Both the position numbers and the translations under genes were made by a program. Positions 1 to 11,302 of a stretch of 64,000 nucleotides of DNA are shown in pieces. The stretch comes from Synechococcus sp. (GTDB lineage: Bacteria; Cyanobacteriota; Cyanobacteriia; PCC-6307; Cyanobiaceae): positions 1,920,001 through 1,984,000 of the forward strand of contig JBJBDL010000003.1 in assembly GCA_047285305.1 (NCBI GenBank). The letters are read 5' to 3'. How positions within the stretch are numbered: position 1 is the first letter of the stretch; every line of letters begins with the position of its first letter. The notes beneath the pieces are model-generated. The model was not told the DNA's origin and did no database searches. It saw only the letters and a list, made by a program, of their open reading frames with translations.

Positions 1-1780
1 GCGCGTCTCCCGCCTGCTGCTGGTGACGCTTCGGGAAGTTCCCGCCGAAGCGGAGATCGCCTCGCATCAGTTGCTTCTCAGGGCCGGGTATATCCGTCGT
101 GTTGGGTCGGGGATCTACGCCTACCTCCCCTTGATGTGGAGGGTGCTGCAAAAGATCACCGCCGTGGTGCGCGAGGAGATGAACCGCGCAGGCGCCCAGG
201 AAACCCTGCTGCCGCAGCTGCACCCTGCTGAGCTCTGGCAGAAAAGCGGGCGTTGGCAGGGCTACACCGCTGGCGAGGGGATCATGTTCCACCTCGAAGA
301 CCGCCAGGGCAGAGAACTGGGGCTTGGCCCAACCCATGAAGAGGTGATCACCAGCCTGGCGTGCGAGCTGCTGAGGTCATACCGGCAGCTCCCTGTGAAC
401 CTCTATCAGATCCAGACCAAATTCCGCGACGAGATCCGTCCCCGCTTTGGCCTGATGCGAGGCCGTGAATTCATCATGAAGGACGCGTATTCCTTCCATG
501 CCAGCGAAGCGGATCTTCGCGAGACCTACGGCGCCATGGATCAGGCCTACCGCCGCATCTTTGAACGTTGTGGCCTGGATGCCGTCCCTGTCGATGCCGA
601 TAGCGGAGCGATCGGCGGCGCCGCCTCCCAGGAGTTCATGGTGACGGCGGATGCAGGGGAAGACCTGATCCTGATCAGCGATGACGGCCAATACGCCGCC
701 AATCAAGAGAAGGCTGTTTCGACCCCATCCGACGCATCTCCTCTCCCCAACGGCCCGGAGGAATCGATTCCAACCCCTTGCTCGGGCACCATCGAGAGCC
801 TCTGCGACTCCAAAGGCTGGGATCCGAGCCAGATAGTGAAGGTGCTGCTGTTCGTGGCGACCCTGGACGATGAGACCCTCCAACCTCTGTTGGTGAGCCT
901 CCGTGGTGACCAGGAGCTCAATCCCACCAAGGTCGTGAACGCGGTCAGCCGAACCCTCAACAAGGGTGTTCTCGATTGCCGCCCAATAACACCAGAGGAC
1001 AGCAACCGTCAGCAGATTGATCCGCTCCCCTTTGGATCGATCGGGCCCGACCTCTCCGATGACGTCCTGCAGGGAGCCAAAACCTGGGAGCCAACATTCC
1101 TGCGTCTGGCTGATGAAACCGCCAGCGAACTCGGCAGCTTCATCTGTGGTGCCAACACGCCCGATCTGCACCGTTTCAACACCAGCTGGAGCGCCATCGG
1201 GCAGAAGCCGACCAGCCTGGATCTACGTAATGCACGGGCAGGCGACTTCTGCCAACACAACCCGGAATCACGACTGACGGAAAAAAGAGGCATCGAGGTC
1301 GGCCACATTTTTCAGTTGGGCCGGAAATATTCCGAAGCCATGGAGAGCCGTTTCACCAATGAGAACGGCAAGACCGAACCGTTCTGGATGGGTTGCTATG
1401 GAATCGGCGTTTCCAGGCTGGCGCAGGCGGCTGTCGAACAGCACCACGACGACAGCGGCATCTGCTGGCCGACCGCCATCGCCCCTTTTGAAGCCATCGT
1501 GGTTGTTGCCAACATCCAGGACGACACCCAGGCCCAGCTGGGGGAAGCGCTCTATGCGGAGCTTCAAGCTGCTGGCGTCGATGTGCTCCTCGACGACCGC
1601 AAGGAACGCGCCGGCGTCAAGTTCAAAGACGCGGATCTGATCGGCATCCCTTGGCGGATCGTGGTGGGTCGGGACGCCAGCGAGGGCACCGTTGAACTGG
1701 TGTGCCGCAGCAGCCGCGAGGCGCAAAAGCTTCCCCACGCCGAGGCTGTGAACTGCCTGATCAAGTCACTCCACCCCTAG
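1..1780 (+). CDS. proS: Prolyl-tRNA synthetase (5' end just outside the window)
   Basis: Class II aaRS motifs (LGPTHEE, FRDEIRPRFGLMRGREF, GIEVGHIFQLG, MGCYGIGVSR). The frame is open to the window edge (RVSRLLLVTLRE). Confidence 0.98.
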   Translation, partial: RVSRLLLVTLREVPAEAEIASHQLLLRAGYIRRVGSGIYAYLPLMWRVLQKITAVVREEMNRAGAQETLLPQLHPAELWQKSGRWQGYTAGEGIMFHLEDRQGRELGLGPTHEEVITSLACELLRSYRQLPVNLYQIQTKFRDEIRPRFGLMRGREFIMKDAYSFHASEADLRETYGAMDQAYRRIFERCGLDAVPVDADSGAIGGAASQEFMVTADAGEDLILISDDGQYAANQEKAVSTPSDASPLPNGPEESIPTPCSGTIESLCDSKGWDPSQIVKVLLFVATLDDETLQPLLVSLRGDQELNPTKVVNAVSRTLNKGVLDCRPITPEDSNRQQIDPLPFGSIGPDLSDDVLQGAKTWEPTFLRLADETASELGSFICGANTPDLHRFNTSWSAIGQKPTSLDLRNARAGDFCQHNPESRLTEKRGIEVGHIFQLGRKYSEAMESRFTNENGKTEPFWMGCYGIGVSRLAQAAVEQHHDDSGICWPTAIAPFEAIVVVANIQDDTQAQLGEALYAELQAAGVDVLLDDRKERAGVKFKDADLIGIPWRIVVGRDASEGTVELVCRSSREAQKLPHAEAVNCLIKSLHP

Positions 1781-1804
1781 AGTCAGAAAACACTGAAGGG
1801 TCTC

Positions 1805-2230
1805 ATGCTCTCCGCACTGACACGCCTGCTTCGCCCCCTCAGCCGGGCCGCCGTAGCCCTTGGCCTCGGGTTATGCCTCTTACTGACGGCCTGCAGTGGG
1901 GACGCTGAAGCTCGTCTGAGCGGCGACTACGTGGAAGACACCGTGGCGGTCTCCCGCACTCTGCTGACGATGATCGACCTGCCTCAGGACGATCCCACCC
2001 ACGCCGAAGCTGAAGCCGACGCGCGGGCCCTGATCAACGACTACATGTCTCGTTATCGGCCTCAGCCCCGTGTGAACGGACTCAGCTCCTTCACCACAAT
2101 GCAGACCGCGCTGAATTCGCTGGCTGGTCATTACGCCTCATACGCCAATCGCCCCCTGCCGGAAGCGCTTCATGACCGCATCGCCAAAGAACTCAACAAG
2201 GCCGAGAAATCAGTGGTCCGTGGCAGCTGA
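1805..2230 (+). CDS. psb27: Photosystem II assembly lipoprotein Psb27
   Basis: Lipobox LTAC; motif SSFTTMQTALNSLAGHYASY...RPLP. Confidence 0.95.
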   Translation: MLSALTRLLRPLSRAAVALGLGLCLLLTACSGDAEARLSGDYVEDTVAVSRTLLTMIDLPQDDPTHAEAEADARALINDYMSRYRPQPRVNGLSSFTTMQTALNSLAGHYASYANRPLPEALHDRIAKELNKAEKSVVRGS

Positions 2231-2315
2231 ACCGCCAAGACAAGTTCAGTTTTGACGAGGCCACCCGAGATCTGAGATACTCGCAGATTGTGCAGATCTG
2301 CGGCTTCGGGCCGCC

Positions 2316-3635
2316 GTGTTCTTGGCCAACGTTGTCGTCATCGGAGCGCAGTGGGGTGACGAGGGAAAAGGAAAGATCACCGATCTCCTGAGCCGCTCCG
2401 CCGATGTGGTGGTCCGTTACCAGGGTGGTGTGAATGCAGGCCACACGATTGTTGTTGACGATCGTGTGCTCAAGCTGCACCTGATTCCCTCTGGAATCCT
2501 CTATCCCGACACGATCTGTCTGATCGGATCCGGCACGGTGGTGGATCCCAAGGTGATGCTCGGTGAGCTGGACATGCTCATTGCCAACGACATTGATATT
2601 TCAGGGCTTCGCCTGGCATCCACGGCCCACGTGACGATGCCCTACCACCGCCTGCTCGACCAGGCCATGGAGAAGCAGCGCGGAGCACGACGGATCGGAA
2701 CCACAGGCCGTGGAATCGGCCCCACCTACGCCGACAAGTCGCAACGCAGCGGCATCCGTGTGATCGACCTGCTGGACGAAAAGCGGCTCAGGGATCGCCT
2801 TGAAGGCCCTCTTCAGGAGAAGAACGAACTTCTTCAAACCATCTATGGCGTTGCGCCCCTGAACGCCGAAGACGTCATCCAGGAATATCTGGGATACGGC
2901 AAACGCCTCGCCCCCCACGTGGTGGAGTGCACCCAGACGATTCATCAGGCAGCGCGAGATCGCAAGAACATCCTTTTCGAAGGTGCCCAGGGCACGTTGT
3001 TGGACCTGGACCACGGCACCTACCCCTACGTCACGTCCTCCAATCCCGTTTCCGGCGGTGCCTGCATAGGTGCAGGCGTCGGCCCGACCCTGATTGACCG
3101 CGTCATCGGCGTCGCCAAGGCCTACACCACCCGCGTGGGTGAAGGCCCTTTCCCCACCGAGCTGAGCGGAAGCCTGAATGACCAACTCACGGAACGCGGT
3201 GGTGAATTCGGCACCACCACTGGCCGACAAAGGCGCTGTGGATGGTTTGACGGCGTGATCGGTCGTTACGCCGTGCAGGTCAACGGCTTGGACTGTCTGG
3301 CCGTGACCAAGCTGGATGTGCTGGACGAACTGGACGAAATTCAGGTCTGCGTGGCCTACGAACTCAACGGCGAGCGAATCGAGCACTTCCCCAGCAGTGC
3401 CGATGACTTCGCCCAGTGCAAACCCATCTTCGAAACGCTGCCTGGCTGGCAGTGCTCCACTGAGGAATGCCGCAGCCTTGAAGATCTCCCAAAACCGGCC
3501 ATGGATTACCTGCGCTTCCTCGCCGATCTGATGGAGGTGCCGATCGCCATTGTCTCCCTGGGGGCCAGCCGTGATCAGACCATCGTTGTCGAAGATCCGA
3601 TCCATGGCCCCAAGCGGGCCCTGTTGAGCGCCTAA
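2316..3635 (+). CDS. purA: Adenylosuccinate synthetase (start may be TTG 2322)
   Basis: [34 protein letters not shown] motifs. Confidence 0.98.
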   Translation: MFLANVVVIGAQWGDEGKGKITDLLSRSADVVVRYQGGVNAGHTIVVDDRVLKLHLIPSGILYPDTICLIGSGTVVDPKVMLGELDMLIANDIDISGLRLASTAHVTMPYHRLLDQAMEKQRGARRIGTTGRGIGPTYADKSQRSGIRVIDLLDEKRLRDRLEGPLQEKNELLQTIYGVAPLNAEDVIQEYLGYGKRLAPHVVECTQTIHQAARDRKNILFEGAQGTLLDLDHGTYPYVTSSNPVSGGACIGAGVGPTLIDRVIGVAKAYTTRVGEGPFPTELSGSLNDQLTERGGEFGTTTGRQRRCGWFDGVIGRYAVQVNGLDCLAVTKLDVLDELDEIQVCVAYELNGERIEHFPSSADDFAQCKPIFETLPGWQCSTEECRSLEDLPKPAMDYLRFLADLMEVPIAIVSLGASRDQTIVVEDPIHGPKRALLSA

Positions 3636-3676
3636 GCCGCTGACGTTCATACTTCGGGGCTGCTTTCCACGCCCCG

Positions 3677-4690
3677 ATGTCATCAGAGATCCGTTTCCCC
3701 AGCGATTGCAATCTCGATGTCGTTGGCATCGGCAACGCCATCGTTGATGTTCTGGTGCAGACGGACGACAGTTTCATCGCTGAACACGGCCTCCAGAAAG
3801 GGAGCATGGCGCTGATCGATGAACAGCAAGCTGAGGCTCTCTACAAGGCCAGTGGAACGGGCCTCGAGACATCCGGTGGATCGGTCGCCAACACCATGGT
3901 GGGCATCGCCCAGCTCGGCGGACGCGCTGGTTTCATCGGCCGCGTCCGGGACGACCAGCTCGGCAGCATTTTCAGCCATGACATCCGGGACGTTGGGGCA
4001 CGCTTTGAGACCCCGGCAGCCACCAGTGGATCCACAACAGCGCGCTGCCTGATTTACGTCACGCCCGATGCCGAGCGGACCATGTGCACCTTCCTTGGGG
4101 CTTCCACCCAACTGGAGCCAGAGGATCTCGACCTCTCCATGGTCAAGCAGGCCAAGGTGCTTTACCTGGAGGGCTACCTCTGGGACAGTCCAGCCGCCAA
4201 ACGGGCCTTCATCGCCGCCGCCGAAGCCTGCCGTGAAGCAGGCGGCAAGGTGGCTCTTTCCCTCTCCGATAGCTTCTGTGTGGATCGGCACAGATCGAGT
4301 TTTCTCGAGCTGGTGAATGGCCACGTCGACGTGCTGTTCGCCAATGACGTTGAAATTCAGTCGCTCTACGAGACCGACGATTTCGACCAAGCCCTCGCGC
4401 GGGTGCGCGGCTGCTGCTCAGTGATTGCGATCACCCGTGGTGCCCAGGGATCCGTCGTGCTGAGTGGAGACCAGCGCTGGGATGTCGGCATCTTCGGCCT
4501 TGGAGACCTGGTGGACACCACTGGAGCAGGCGACCTCTATGCCGGGGGATTTCTGCATGGCTTCACCCAGGGCGAGTCACTTGAGCGCTGTGGTGAGCTC
4601 GGAGCCCTCTGCGCCGGCCAGATTGTGACCCAACTGGGGGCCCGCTCCCAGGTCTCCCTTAAGCAGCTGGCGGAGACGCATCTGAACTGA
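3677..4690 (+). CDS. PfkB-family carbohydrate/adenosine kinase
   Basis: GIGNAIVD, GGSVANT, DTTGAGDLYAGGF signatures. Confidence 0.92.
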   Translation: MSSEIRFPSDCNLDVVGIGNAIVDVLVQTDDSFIAEHGLQKGSMALIDEQQAEALYKASGTGLETSGGSVANTMVGIAQLGGRAGFIGRVRDDQLGSIFSHDIRDVGARFETPAATSGSTTARCLIYVTPDAERTMCTFLGASTQLEPEDLDLSMVKQAKVLYLEGYLWDSPAAKRAFIAAAEACREAGGKVALSLSDSFCVDRHRSSFLELVNGHVDVLFANDVEIQSLYETDDFDQALARVRGCCSVIAITRGAQGSVVLSGDQRWDVGIFGLGDLVDTTGAGDLYAGGFLHGFTQGESLERCGELGALCAGQIVTQLGARSQVSLKQLAETHLN

Positions 4691-5009
4691 GCTCAGCGAT
4701 TGCCCAGGCCCCATAGGCCGGTGATGCCGTCACCGGCCAGCACAACCACTCGGGGGTGTCGTAGCTGTGCAGCTCTGAGACGGCCGAGCGCAGCGCGTCC
4801 AAATGCTGAGCGGAGGTCTTCATCAGCAGTTGGACCTCATGGGACGCCTGCAGCACCCCCTCCCAGCGATAGAACGACTGAACGGGCTGGATTGACACAC
4901 AGGCCACGAGATGGCGCCCCAGCAAAACCTCTGCCAGCTGTTGGGCGCGCTCAGCATTCGCTTCCGTGGTGAGGGCCAGCACAAGCCCACTCGCTTTAAT
5001 CACGCTCAA
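4659..5009 (-). CDS. cutA: Divalent-cation tolerance protein CutA
   Basis: LVACVSI...SFYRWEG...E.QLLMKT...HSYDTPE. Confidence 0.92.
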   Translation of the reverse strand: MSVIKASGLVLALTTEANAERAQQLAEVLLGRHLVACVSIQPVQSFYRWEGVLQASHEVQLLMKTSAQHLDALRSAVSELHSYDTPEWLCWPVTASPAYGAWAIAELSSDASPPAA

Positions 5010-5787
5010 GCCGATCCATCAGGCTGCAGACATCCTCGACACAATTCATCCTGTTGGGGGGGGAGGGACGCCGCAGCAGCAGCAAGCTCAGCCCCAGATC
5101 TGTGGTGAGTTGATGCCAGAGCTGTTCCGTCACACCACCGGACTGGCGGCAGAGCACCACCTCAATGTCCCAGCGACGGCAAAGAGACCGCTCGATCGAT
5201 CCCGGCACCTCACCTTGTAGAGGACGCACCACGGCCAGGTGATCCGGGGGCAAACCCGCCCGCAAGGCTGCTCGCAATCCATCGGGGGAGGGAAGCGCAC
5301 GGCCATATGGGATTGCTCCGGCGTGGCGCACAGCAGCAGTCAAGGCCTGAAGATGACGACCTCCAATGGCCAGCAACAGGCGTTGACCCTGGAGCGGTTG
5401 GGATGCCAATGCATCGGCATCAGCCAGGAGAGAGGCCGCTCCCAGCGGTTCAAGGCGACGCTCATAACGCAGCAGCGGTTGGCCGAGATCCGCACAAGCC
5501 GTGACCAGGTCATGGCTGATTCGAGCCGCAAAAGGATGCGTGGCATCCACCACCCAACGGAAAGGGCCGGCCTGATGCAGAGCTGCCTTGATTCCGCCAA
5601 TGCCCTGCAGGGCTCCGATTGAGATGCGCTCCACAGGCAATCCCGCGTAGGCCTTCGCTGCAGTTGCAGTCACCACACTCACGCTCACACGCCAATTGCG
5701 GCGTGTGAGCTCCGTCACCAAGCGCGGCCCTTCACCGGTTCCAGCCAGCAGCAGGACACGATGCTGGTCATTCGCGGGGCCTTGCAT
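4996..5787 (-). CDS. cobK: Precorrin-6A/cobalt-precorrin-6A reductase (CobK/CbiJ)
   Basis: LLLAGTGEG, VVDATHPFA, RQSGG motifs. The ATG at 5787 was chosen to avoid overlap with ssb. Confidence 0.9.
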   Translation of the reverse strand: MQGPANDQHRVLLLAGTGEGPRLVTELTRRNWRVSVSVVTATAAKAYAGLPVERISIGALQGIGGIKAALHQAGPFRWVVDATHPFAARISHDLVTACADLGQPLLRYERRLEPLGAASLLADADALASQPLQGQRLLLAIGGRHLQALTAAVRHAGAIPYGRALPSPDGLRAALRAGLPPDHLAVVRPLQGEVPGSIERSLCRRWDIEVVLCRQSGGVTEQLWHQLTTDLGLSLLLLRRPSPPNRMNCVEDVCSLMDRLERD

Positions 5788-5816
5788 CAGGATGTGCGCC
5801 GACACCAGCTCAAGCC

Positions 5817-6275
5817 ATGAACCATTGCGTGCTCGAAGTGGAGGTGATCGACGCACCGACGGTTCGATACACCCAGGACAACCAGACTCCCATTGCGGAG
5901 ATGGCCGTGCGCTTTGACCCCCTTCGGGAGGGCGATCCGCCGGGTGAATTGAAAGTGGTGGGCTGGGGAAACCTGGCCCAGGAGCTGCAGAACCGTGTGC
6001 AGACCGGGCAGCGGCTGCTGATAGAAGGCCGGCTGCGGATGAACACCATGCCCCGGGGCGATGGCATGAAGGAAAAACGGGCTGAATTCACTCTGGCTCG
6101 GCTTCATCCGATCGGCGCGGCAGCCACGGGTGCAGCTCCTTCCGGCAACCCTTCAGCCCCGGCCCCCAGCCGCCAGGCCCCCGAGGCTGCACCGACCAAG
6201 GTGGCGAAAGAACCTGAACCGGCTAGCTGGAATGCTGCACCCCTCGTGCCCGACACCGACGACATCCCCTTCTGA
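5817..6275 (+). CDS. ssb: Single-stranded DNA-binding protein family
   Basis: OB-fold (RYTQDNQTPIAE, IEGRLRM) with acidic DDIPF tail. Confidence 0.9.
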   Translation: MNHCVLEVEVIDAPTVRYTQDNQTPIAEMAVRFDPLREGDPPGELKVVGWGNLAQELQNRVQTGQRLLIEGRLRMNTMPRGDGMKEKRAEFTLARLHPIGAAATGAAPSGNPSAPAPSRQAPEAAPTKVAKEPEPASWNAAPLVPDTDDIPF

Positions 6276-6304
6276 ATCACAGGACACTCGCGGGTCGTGG
6301 CCGC

Positions 6305-6493
6305 TTAACGACCCGCTTCGTCCTGCAGCTCTGAGGCTCGGGTGATCAGTTGCCCGAGCTCCCGTTCAAGGGCGGCAAGATCCAGACGCAGCTCGGGCCA
6401 GCGGCCACCATCAATCTGCTGCAGCAACCAGCTGCGATCACGGTCGAGCTGCTTGAGCAGATCATCCATGCCGGTCGATGATAGATCAGGCAT
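6305..6493 (-). CDS. Small conserved hypothetical protein
   Basis: 62-aa helical ORF filling the intergenic gap (WLLQQIDGGRWPELRLDLAALERE). Confidence 0.7.
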   Translation of the reverse strand: MPDLSSTGMDDLLKQLDRDRSWLLQQIDGGRWPELRLDLAALERELGQLITRASELQDEAGR

Positions 6494-6562
6494 CTAGATC
6501 GGGGCAGTGGATCTCCATCCTGATGGCCTAGAGGTCAAAATGACGATCAAGCCAAGGCCTTC

Positions 6563-7105
6563 ATGAAGGATTTCTTCTCTCCCGGCAGCCTCGTCACCAT
6601 TGCCGGAGGCGTGCTGACCGTGGTCGGTGCCACCGCTTACGCCACCGGAAGCGCCAACCTCAGCCTGCCCACGATTTTCTACGGAATCCCGATCTTGTTG
6701 GGGGGGCTGGCCCTGAAATCGTCGGAGCTCCCACCCGCCATCCGGGTGACACCGAGCAAGACCTTTAAAAAGGAACGCGAAGCTGCAGCCCCAGAACTAG
6801 GCAAATTGCTCGGCGATGTGACGCGCTGGCGCTATGGCCAGAAGGCCCACCTGGAGTCGTCGCTGGAAGCGCTCAAACTCTGGGATGAAGACACCCCACC
6901 GCAGTTGGAAGAGATCGAAGAGCTGCATTCCGACAGCGGCTATGGCCTGCGGATGCGTTTCCTGCTGGGAGCAGTTCCCCTCGAACGCTGGCAAGAGCGG
7001 CAGGAGCGGCTGGGGCGTTTCTTCGCAAAAGGGATGCGAGCGGAACTCAAGGAACTGGATGAACAAAGGCTGGACGTTGTTCTGCTTCCAGCGGGTGAGG
7101 CCTAA
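6563..7105 (+). CDS. DUF2854-like membrane protein
   Basis: N-terminal TM pair, YGIPILLGGLALK, DVTRWRYGQKAHL; directly upstream of argB. Confidence 0.8.
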   Translation: MKDFFSPGSLVTIAGGVLTVVGATAYATGSANLSLPTIFYGIPILLGGLALKSSELPPAIRVTPSKTFKKEREAAAPELGKLLGDVTRWRYGQKAHLESSLEALKLWDEDTPPQLEEIEELHSDSGYGLRMRFLLGAVPLERWQERQERLGRFFAKGMRAELKELDEQRLDVVLLPAGEA

Positions 7106-7108
7106 GCC

Positions 7109-7990
7109 ATGGCCCAATCGACCCAGAACAACGATGACGCCCTCAGGGTGTCGGTGCTCAGCGAAGCCCTCCCTTATATCCAGCGCTTCGCCGGTCGGCG
7201 CATCGTGATCAAGTACGGCGGGGCCGCAATGGCACATGCTGAGCTGCGGGCTGCCGTCTTTCGCGACCTGGCTCTGCTGGCCTGCGTCGGAGTCCAACCC
7301 GTAGTGGTTCACGGCGGCGGGCCCGAAATCAACCAGTGGCTTCAGCGTCTGGAAATTCCCGCCGAATTCCGGGACGGACTGCGCGTCACCGACGCCGACA
7401 CCATGGACGTGGTGGAGATGGTGCTGGTGGGCCGCGTCAACAAGCAGATCGTGAATGGCCTCAATCAGCTCGGCACCCGTGCGGTTGGTTTGAGCGGAAG
7501 TGACGGAAGTCTTGTGGAGGCACGCCCCTGGGGGAATGGCAGCCATGGGCTGGTGGGGGATGTTGCCCGCGTCAATCCCGATGTGCTCGAACCGCTGCTG
7601 GAGAAGGGTTACGTGCCCGTCATTTCCAGCGTTGCCGCAACCCCCGATGACGGGCGAGCCCACAACATCAATGCCGACACGGTGGCGGGAGAGCTGGCTG
7701 CGGCCCTGGAAGCCGAAAAACTGATCTTGCTGACCGACACACCCGGCATCCTTGAAGATCGGGATGACCCCGACTCGCTGATCCGCAAACTGCGCCTCTC
7801 AGAGGCGCGACAACTGATCAAGGAGGGCGTGGTCGCAGGGGGCATGACGCCCAAAACCGAATGTTGCATCCGCGCCCTGGCTCAGGGCGTATCAGCCGCC
7901 CACATCATTGATGGCCGGGTTCCCCATGCCCTCCTGCTCGAAGTCTTCACCGACGCCGGCATCGGCACCATGGTGGTGGGACGCGGATAA
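7109..7990 (+). CDS. argB: Acetylglutamate kinase
   Basis: [29 protein letters not shown]. Confidence 0.98.
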   Translation: MAQSTQNNDDALRVSVLSEALPYIQRFAGRRIVIKYGGAAMAHAELRAAVFRDLALLACVGVQPVVVHGGGPEINQWLQRLEIPAEFRDGLRVTDADTMDVVEMVLVGRVNKQIVNGLNQLGTRAVGLSGSDGSLVEARPWGNGSHGLVGDVARVNPDVLEPLLEKGYVPVISSVAATPDDGRAHNINADTVAGELAAALEAEKLILLTDTPGILEDRDDPDSLIRKLRLSEARQLIKEGVVAGGMTPKTECCIRALAQGVSAAHIIDGRVPHALLLEVFTDAGIGTMVVGRG

Positions 7991-7993
7991 AGG

Positions 7994-9052
7994 GTGAGCG
8001 AGCAGGACGCAGCACTAGACCTCTCTGAAGCGGAGGCAGCCCTGGAGCGCGGGGACTACGGCCAGGGCCTGGAGCTGCTTCTCCCCCTGGCAGAGCAACA
8101 CCCGCTCAATAGCCCGGAAGGGCCGGGCCTTCGGCTCCTGATGATCACCGCCTGGATGGGCCAGGGGCAGGACGACAAAGCCATCGCCACCTGCAGGCTG
8201 CTGAGTCGCTCCCACGATCCCAAGTTGCGCCAGCAGGCCAAACAACTGCTCGGGGTTCTCGAGGCCCCAAGCCTGGATCGTCCGGAACGCTGGTCGATGC
8301 GGATGCCGCAACTGGAGCTGAATGGCTCCGGGAGCGGGCAGACCTCCACCATGCGGCGGCGGCGGTCGCGGCGTCCCGAACCTCCGCCACCACCACCCAC
8401 GGGGCCGACGCGTTCACCGGCGGCGGGTTTCGCCGTGCTGGTGATGGCGGTTCTGCTGGGGATCACGCTGTTGCTGAGTGGTTGCGTCCGAATCGAGGCT
8501 GATCTCGACCTTCGCGGCCCGGATCGACTGGCCCTCACCTGGGACGTGCGGAGCACCCAGCAACGCCCGCTGCCCTGGCAGGAGCAATTCGAGCGAGACC
8601 TGCAACGGGAGGTGCCCGGGCTGAAGATCGAACAAACAGGCTCAGGACGCCAACAGATCAGCAGCCGTGTTGCTTCTTCGCACGAGCTGGCGCAACAAAT
8701 GGCGGCCGTGGTCGCCGTGGCTGGTCGCGCAGCTGGAGTCTCACTCCCGGCACCGACGCTCAAGCTCGAAGAACGCAACTGGCTGCTGGGGGTGCAGCAG
8801 CACGTGCAGCTGATGTTGGACCTCAGCAATCTGCCCGAGATCCCTGGGCTCGATGTTCATCTGAGCCTCAACCACGGGCAGGTGGAGCGCACGGCTCTTT
8901 CCGGTACCACTACCGAAGTCAGCTGGCAGGGATGGCGCTGGAATCCGCTTGGCCTGGGGGGCGTGGTGATCCTGATGCTGCTGATCAGCAGCATGGTGCT
9001 GCAGGTGGTGCGTCGGAAGCTGGGTTTTGGCTTCCCGGAACTGCCCTCCTGA
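7994..9052 (+). CDS. DUF3153-like TPR/membrane protein
   Basis: N-terminal TPR-like helices, internal LLLSGCV segment, C-terminal TM. Confidence 0.7.
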   Translation: MSEQDAALDLSEAEAALERGDYGQGLELLLPLAEQHPLNSPEGPGLRLLMITAWMGQGQDDKAIATCRLLSRSHDPKLRQQAKQLLGVLEAPSLDRPERWSMRMPQLELNGSGSGQTSTMRRRRSRRPEPPPPPPTGPTRSPAAGFAVLVMAVLLGITLLLSGCVRIEADLDLRGPDRLALTWDVRSTQQRPLPWQEQFERDLQREVPGLKIEQTGSGRQQISSRVASSHELAQQMAAVVAVAGRAAGVSLPAPTLKLEERNWLLGVQQHVQLMLDLSNLPEIPGLDVHLSLNHGQVERTALSGTTTEVSWQGWRWNPLGLGGVVILMLLISSMVLQVVRRKLGFGFPELPS

Positions 9053-11302
9053 TCAAAGCTGCTGCGGATCGGGATCCACAGTGAGCGCCACACCCTTGGG
9101 CAAGCCATCCCAGAGGGCCTGCCCCGAAGGCAGCGGAAGCGGGGAGCCCGCCGGACCGTGCAGCAACAGCTGCCATCGGCTTCGGCCAGCAACCCTGGCC
9201 ACAGGCGCTGGGGCCGGACCCAACAACCACCAGCTCTGGAGCTGACAAATTGGCCGGATCCGCTCCGCCAGCACCGCTGCCGCCGTTGCTGTTTTGCTGG
9301 GGGAATCTCCAGACAGTCGCAGCAGACAAGCGCGACTGAAGGGCACCAGACCAGCTTCCTTACGGAGCGCCACCTCCTGAGAGATAAACGCTTCATACCG
9401 ACCATCCACCAGATGTTGAATCACCGGATGCTCTGGGGTGTAGGTCTGCACTAACACCTGCCCCGGTCGCTCACCTCGCCCGGCACGGCCCGCCAACTGC
9501 AACAGCAACTGCAGGGCCTGCTCTCCTGCGCGGAGGTCGGGGCGATGCAGAAGCCCATCCGCCGCGAGCACCGCCGCCAGGGTGACCCGAGGCAGATCCA
9601 TGCCCTTGGCCAGCATCTGCGTGCCGATCAAGACGTCGGCTTCTCCGGCAGCAAAACGGTCCAATAGGCGTCGATGGCCATCACGTCCGCCGGTGGAATC
9701 GCGGTCAAAGCGAAGCAAACGAAGGCCTTCGAGCTCCTGAGAGAGCAGTTCCAACACCTTCTGCGTCCCGGCCCCAAACGGTTTGAAGGCCGTGGAACCA
9801 CAGTGACTGCAACGGTTCTCCAGGTCTTCACGATGATCACACCAGTGGCAACGCAGCCACTGACGTCCGGCCTGGCTGCGGTGAACGGTGAGCGCCACAT
9901 CGCAGTGGGGGCACATCACCACCTCGCCGCAACTGCGGCAGCTCAAAAAGGGGCTGTATCCCCGACGAGGCACCAAAACAACGGCCTGTTCGCCCTGCTC
10001 CGGCAGCGCCGCAAGACGATCCATCAAGGCGCGACTGACCAGACGCTTGTGCCCTTCGGCCAGCTCATGGCGCATGTCGATCACATGCACAGGAGGTAGG
10101 GACTGCCGGGAAATCCGCTCAGTCAGGCGCACCAAGGTCAAGGCACGTTCCGGGCCCGATTGAATCCAGCTCTCGAGCGACGGCGTGGCACTGCCCAGCA
10201 CAATCCTCGCCTGTTGCATCACAACCCGGTCCATTGCCAGGTCCCGGGCGTGGTAGCAGGGCATTGGGGCATCCTGCTTGTAAGAGGTGTCGTGCTCCTC
10301 ATCCAGAACGACCAGACCCAGCGGCTTCAACGGCACGAACACAGCGGAGCGGGTTCCCACCACCACCAACGGCTGTTCGGCAGCAAGACAGCGGCGCCAG
10401 GTTCGAACCCGTTCGGCGTCACCGCAACCGCTGTGGTATTCCACGACGCGCGAGCCGAAACGTCTGCGGCAGCGGTCAACGAGTTGGGGGATTAATCCGA
10501 TCTCAGGGGTGAGTAGCAGGACGTGCCGGCCCCGCTCCAGCTCCTGGGCAGCCAGTTGGAGGTACACCTCGGTCTTGCCGGAGCCGGTGATTCCCCAGAG
10601 CAGCAGTCCGCGCCCCGGAGGAAGCTGTTGATAGGCCTTCACCACGTCCTGCTGCTCAGCGGTCAAGGACTGGGGAAGCTCCTTGGGACCAGAACCAGCT
10701 GAAGAACCCTTGTCCTCACAACGACGCTGCTCACGCACCAGGTAGCCCTGCTGGATCAGGGGCGGCAGCAATTGCGCCCCAAACCCACTGGCCACCAGGT
10801 CTCGTTGCCAAGCGCCATCGCCCTGGCCCTCCAACCAAGCCAGAAGCTCCCGCTGGCGAGGGGTGGGTGGGTTCCCAGCATCAGGGGTGACCCGGGCTTG
10901 GATCCACCACATCTGACGCCCGCCGGCCAGGGAACGCTGGCCAGCCTGACCAATCCAGCCCGACGGCAGAGCCGCCTTCAATGTGCGGAAGACACTGAGA
11001 TGGCAACGGTCCGCCACCCGCTCCAGCCAGCTGAACCAATCCGAATCGACAGCAGCTCGCTGGAGGAGTGATTCCACCGGTTGCAGCGCCTGAGGATCCT
11101 GCTCAGCCCACTCCCGCTCCTCCACCACAAGGCCATGCATGGCTCGACCCCGGAGGCGTACCCGCACCAGATCTCCCGGCTTCAAACCCATGCTGGGATC
11201 TGCGGCATAACTGAAGGAGCGTCCTTCCCGCCCAGCCTCCAGCCAGACCTCAACACATCTCCGCGAATGCGACAGGACCTTGCAAACTTCGGAAGACTTC
11301 AT
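9053..11302 (-). CDS. priA: Primosomal protein N' helicase
   Basis: GITGSGKTEVY, DEEHD, SATPS, Cys-rich zinc cluster, GTQMLAKG. Start estimated. Confidence 0.97.
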   Translation of the reverse strand: MKSSEVCKVLSHSRRCVEVWLEAGREGRSFSYAADPSMGLKPGDLVRVRLRGRAMHGLVVEEREWAEQDPQALQPVESLLQRAAVDSDWFSWLERVADRCHLSVFRTLKAALPSGWIGQAGQRSLAGGRQMWWIQARVTPDAGNPPTPRQRELLAWLEGQGDGAWQRDLVASGFGAQLLPPLIQQGYLVREQRRCEDKGSSAGSGPKELPQSLTAEQQDVVKAYQQLPPGRGLLLWGITGSGKTEVYLQLAAQELERGRHVLLLTPEIGLIPQLVDRCRRRFGSRVVEYHSGCGDAERVRTWRRCLAAEQPLVVVGTRSAVFVPLKPLGLVVLDEEHDTSYKQDAPMPCYHARDLAMDRVVMQQARIVLGSATPSLESWIQSGPERALTLVRLTERISRQSLPPVHVIDMRHELAEGHKRLVSRALMDRLAALPEQGEQAVVLVPRRGYSPFLSCRSCGEVVMCPHCDVALTVHRSQAGRQWLRCHWCDHREDLENRCSHCGSTAFKPFGAGTQKVLELLSQELEGLRLLRFDRDSTGGRDGHRRLLDRFAAGEADVLIGTQMLAKGMDLPRVTLAAVLAADGLLHRPDLRAGEQALQLLLQLAGRAGRGERPGQVLVQTYTPEHPVIQHLVDGRYEAFISQEVALRKEAGLVPFSRACLLRLSGDSPSKTATAAAVLAERIRPICQLQSWWLLGPAPAPVARVAGRSRWQLLLHGPAGSPLPLPSGQALWDGLPKGVALTVDPDPQQL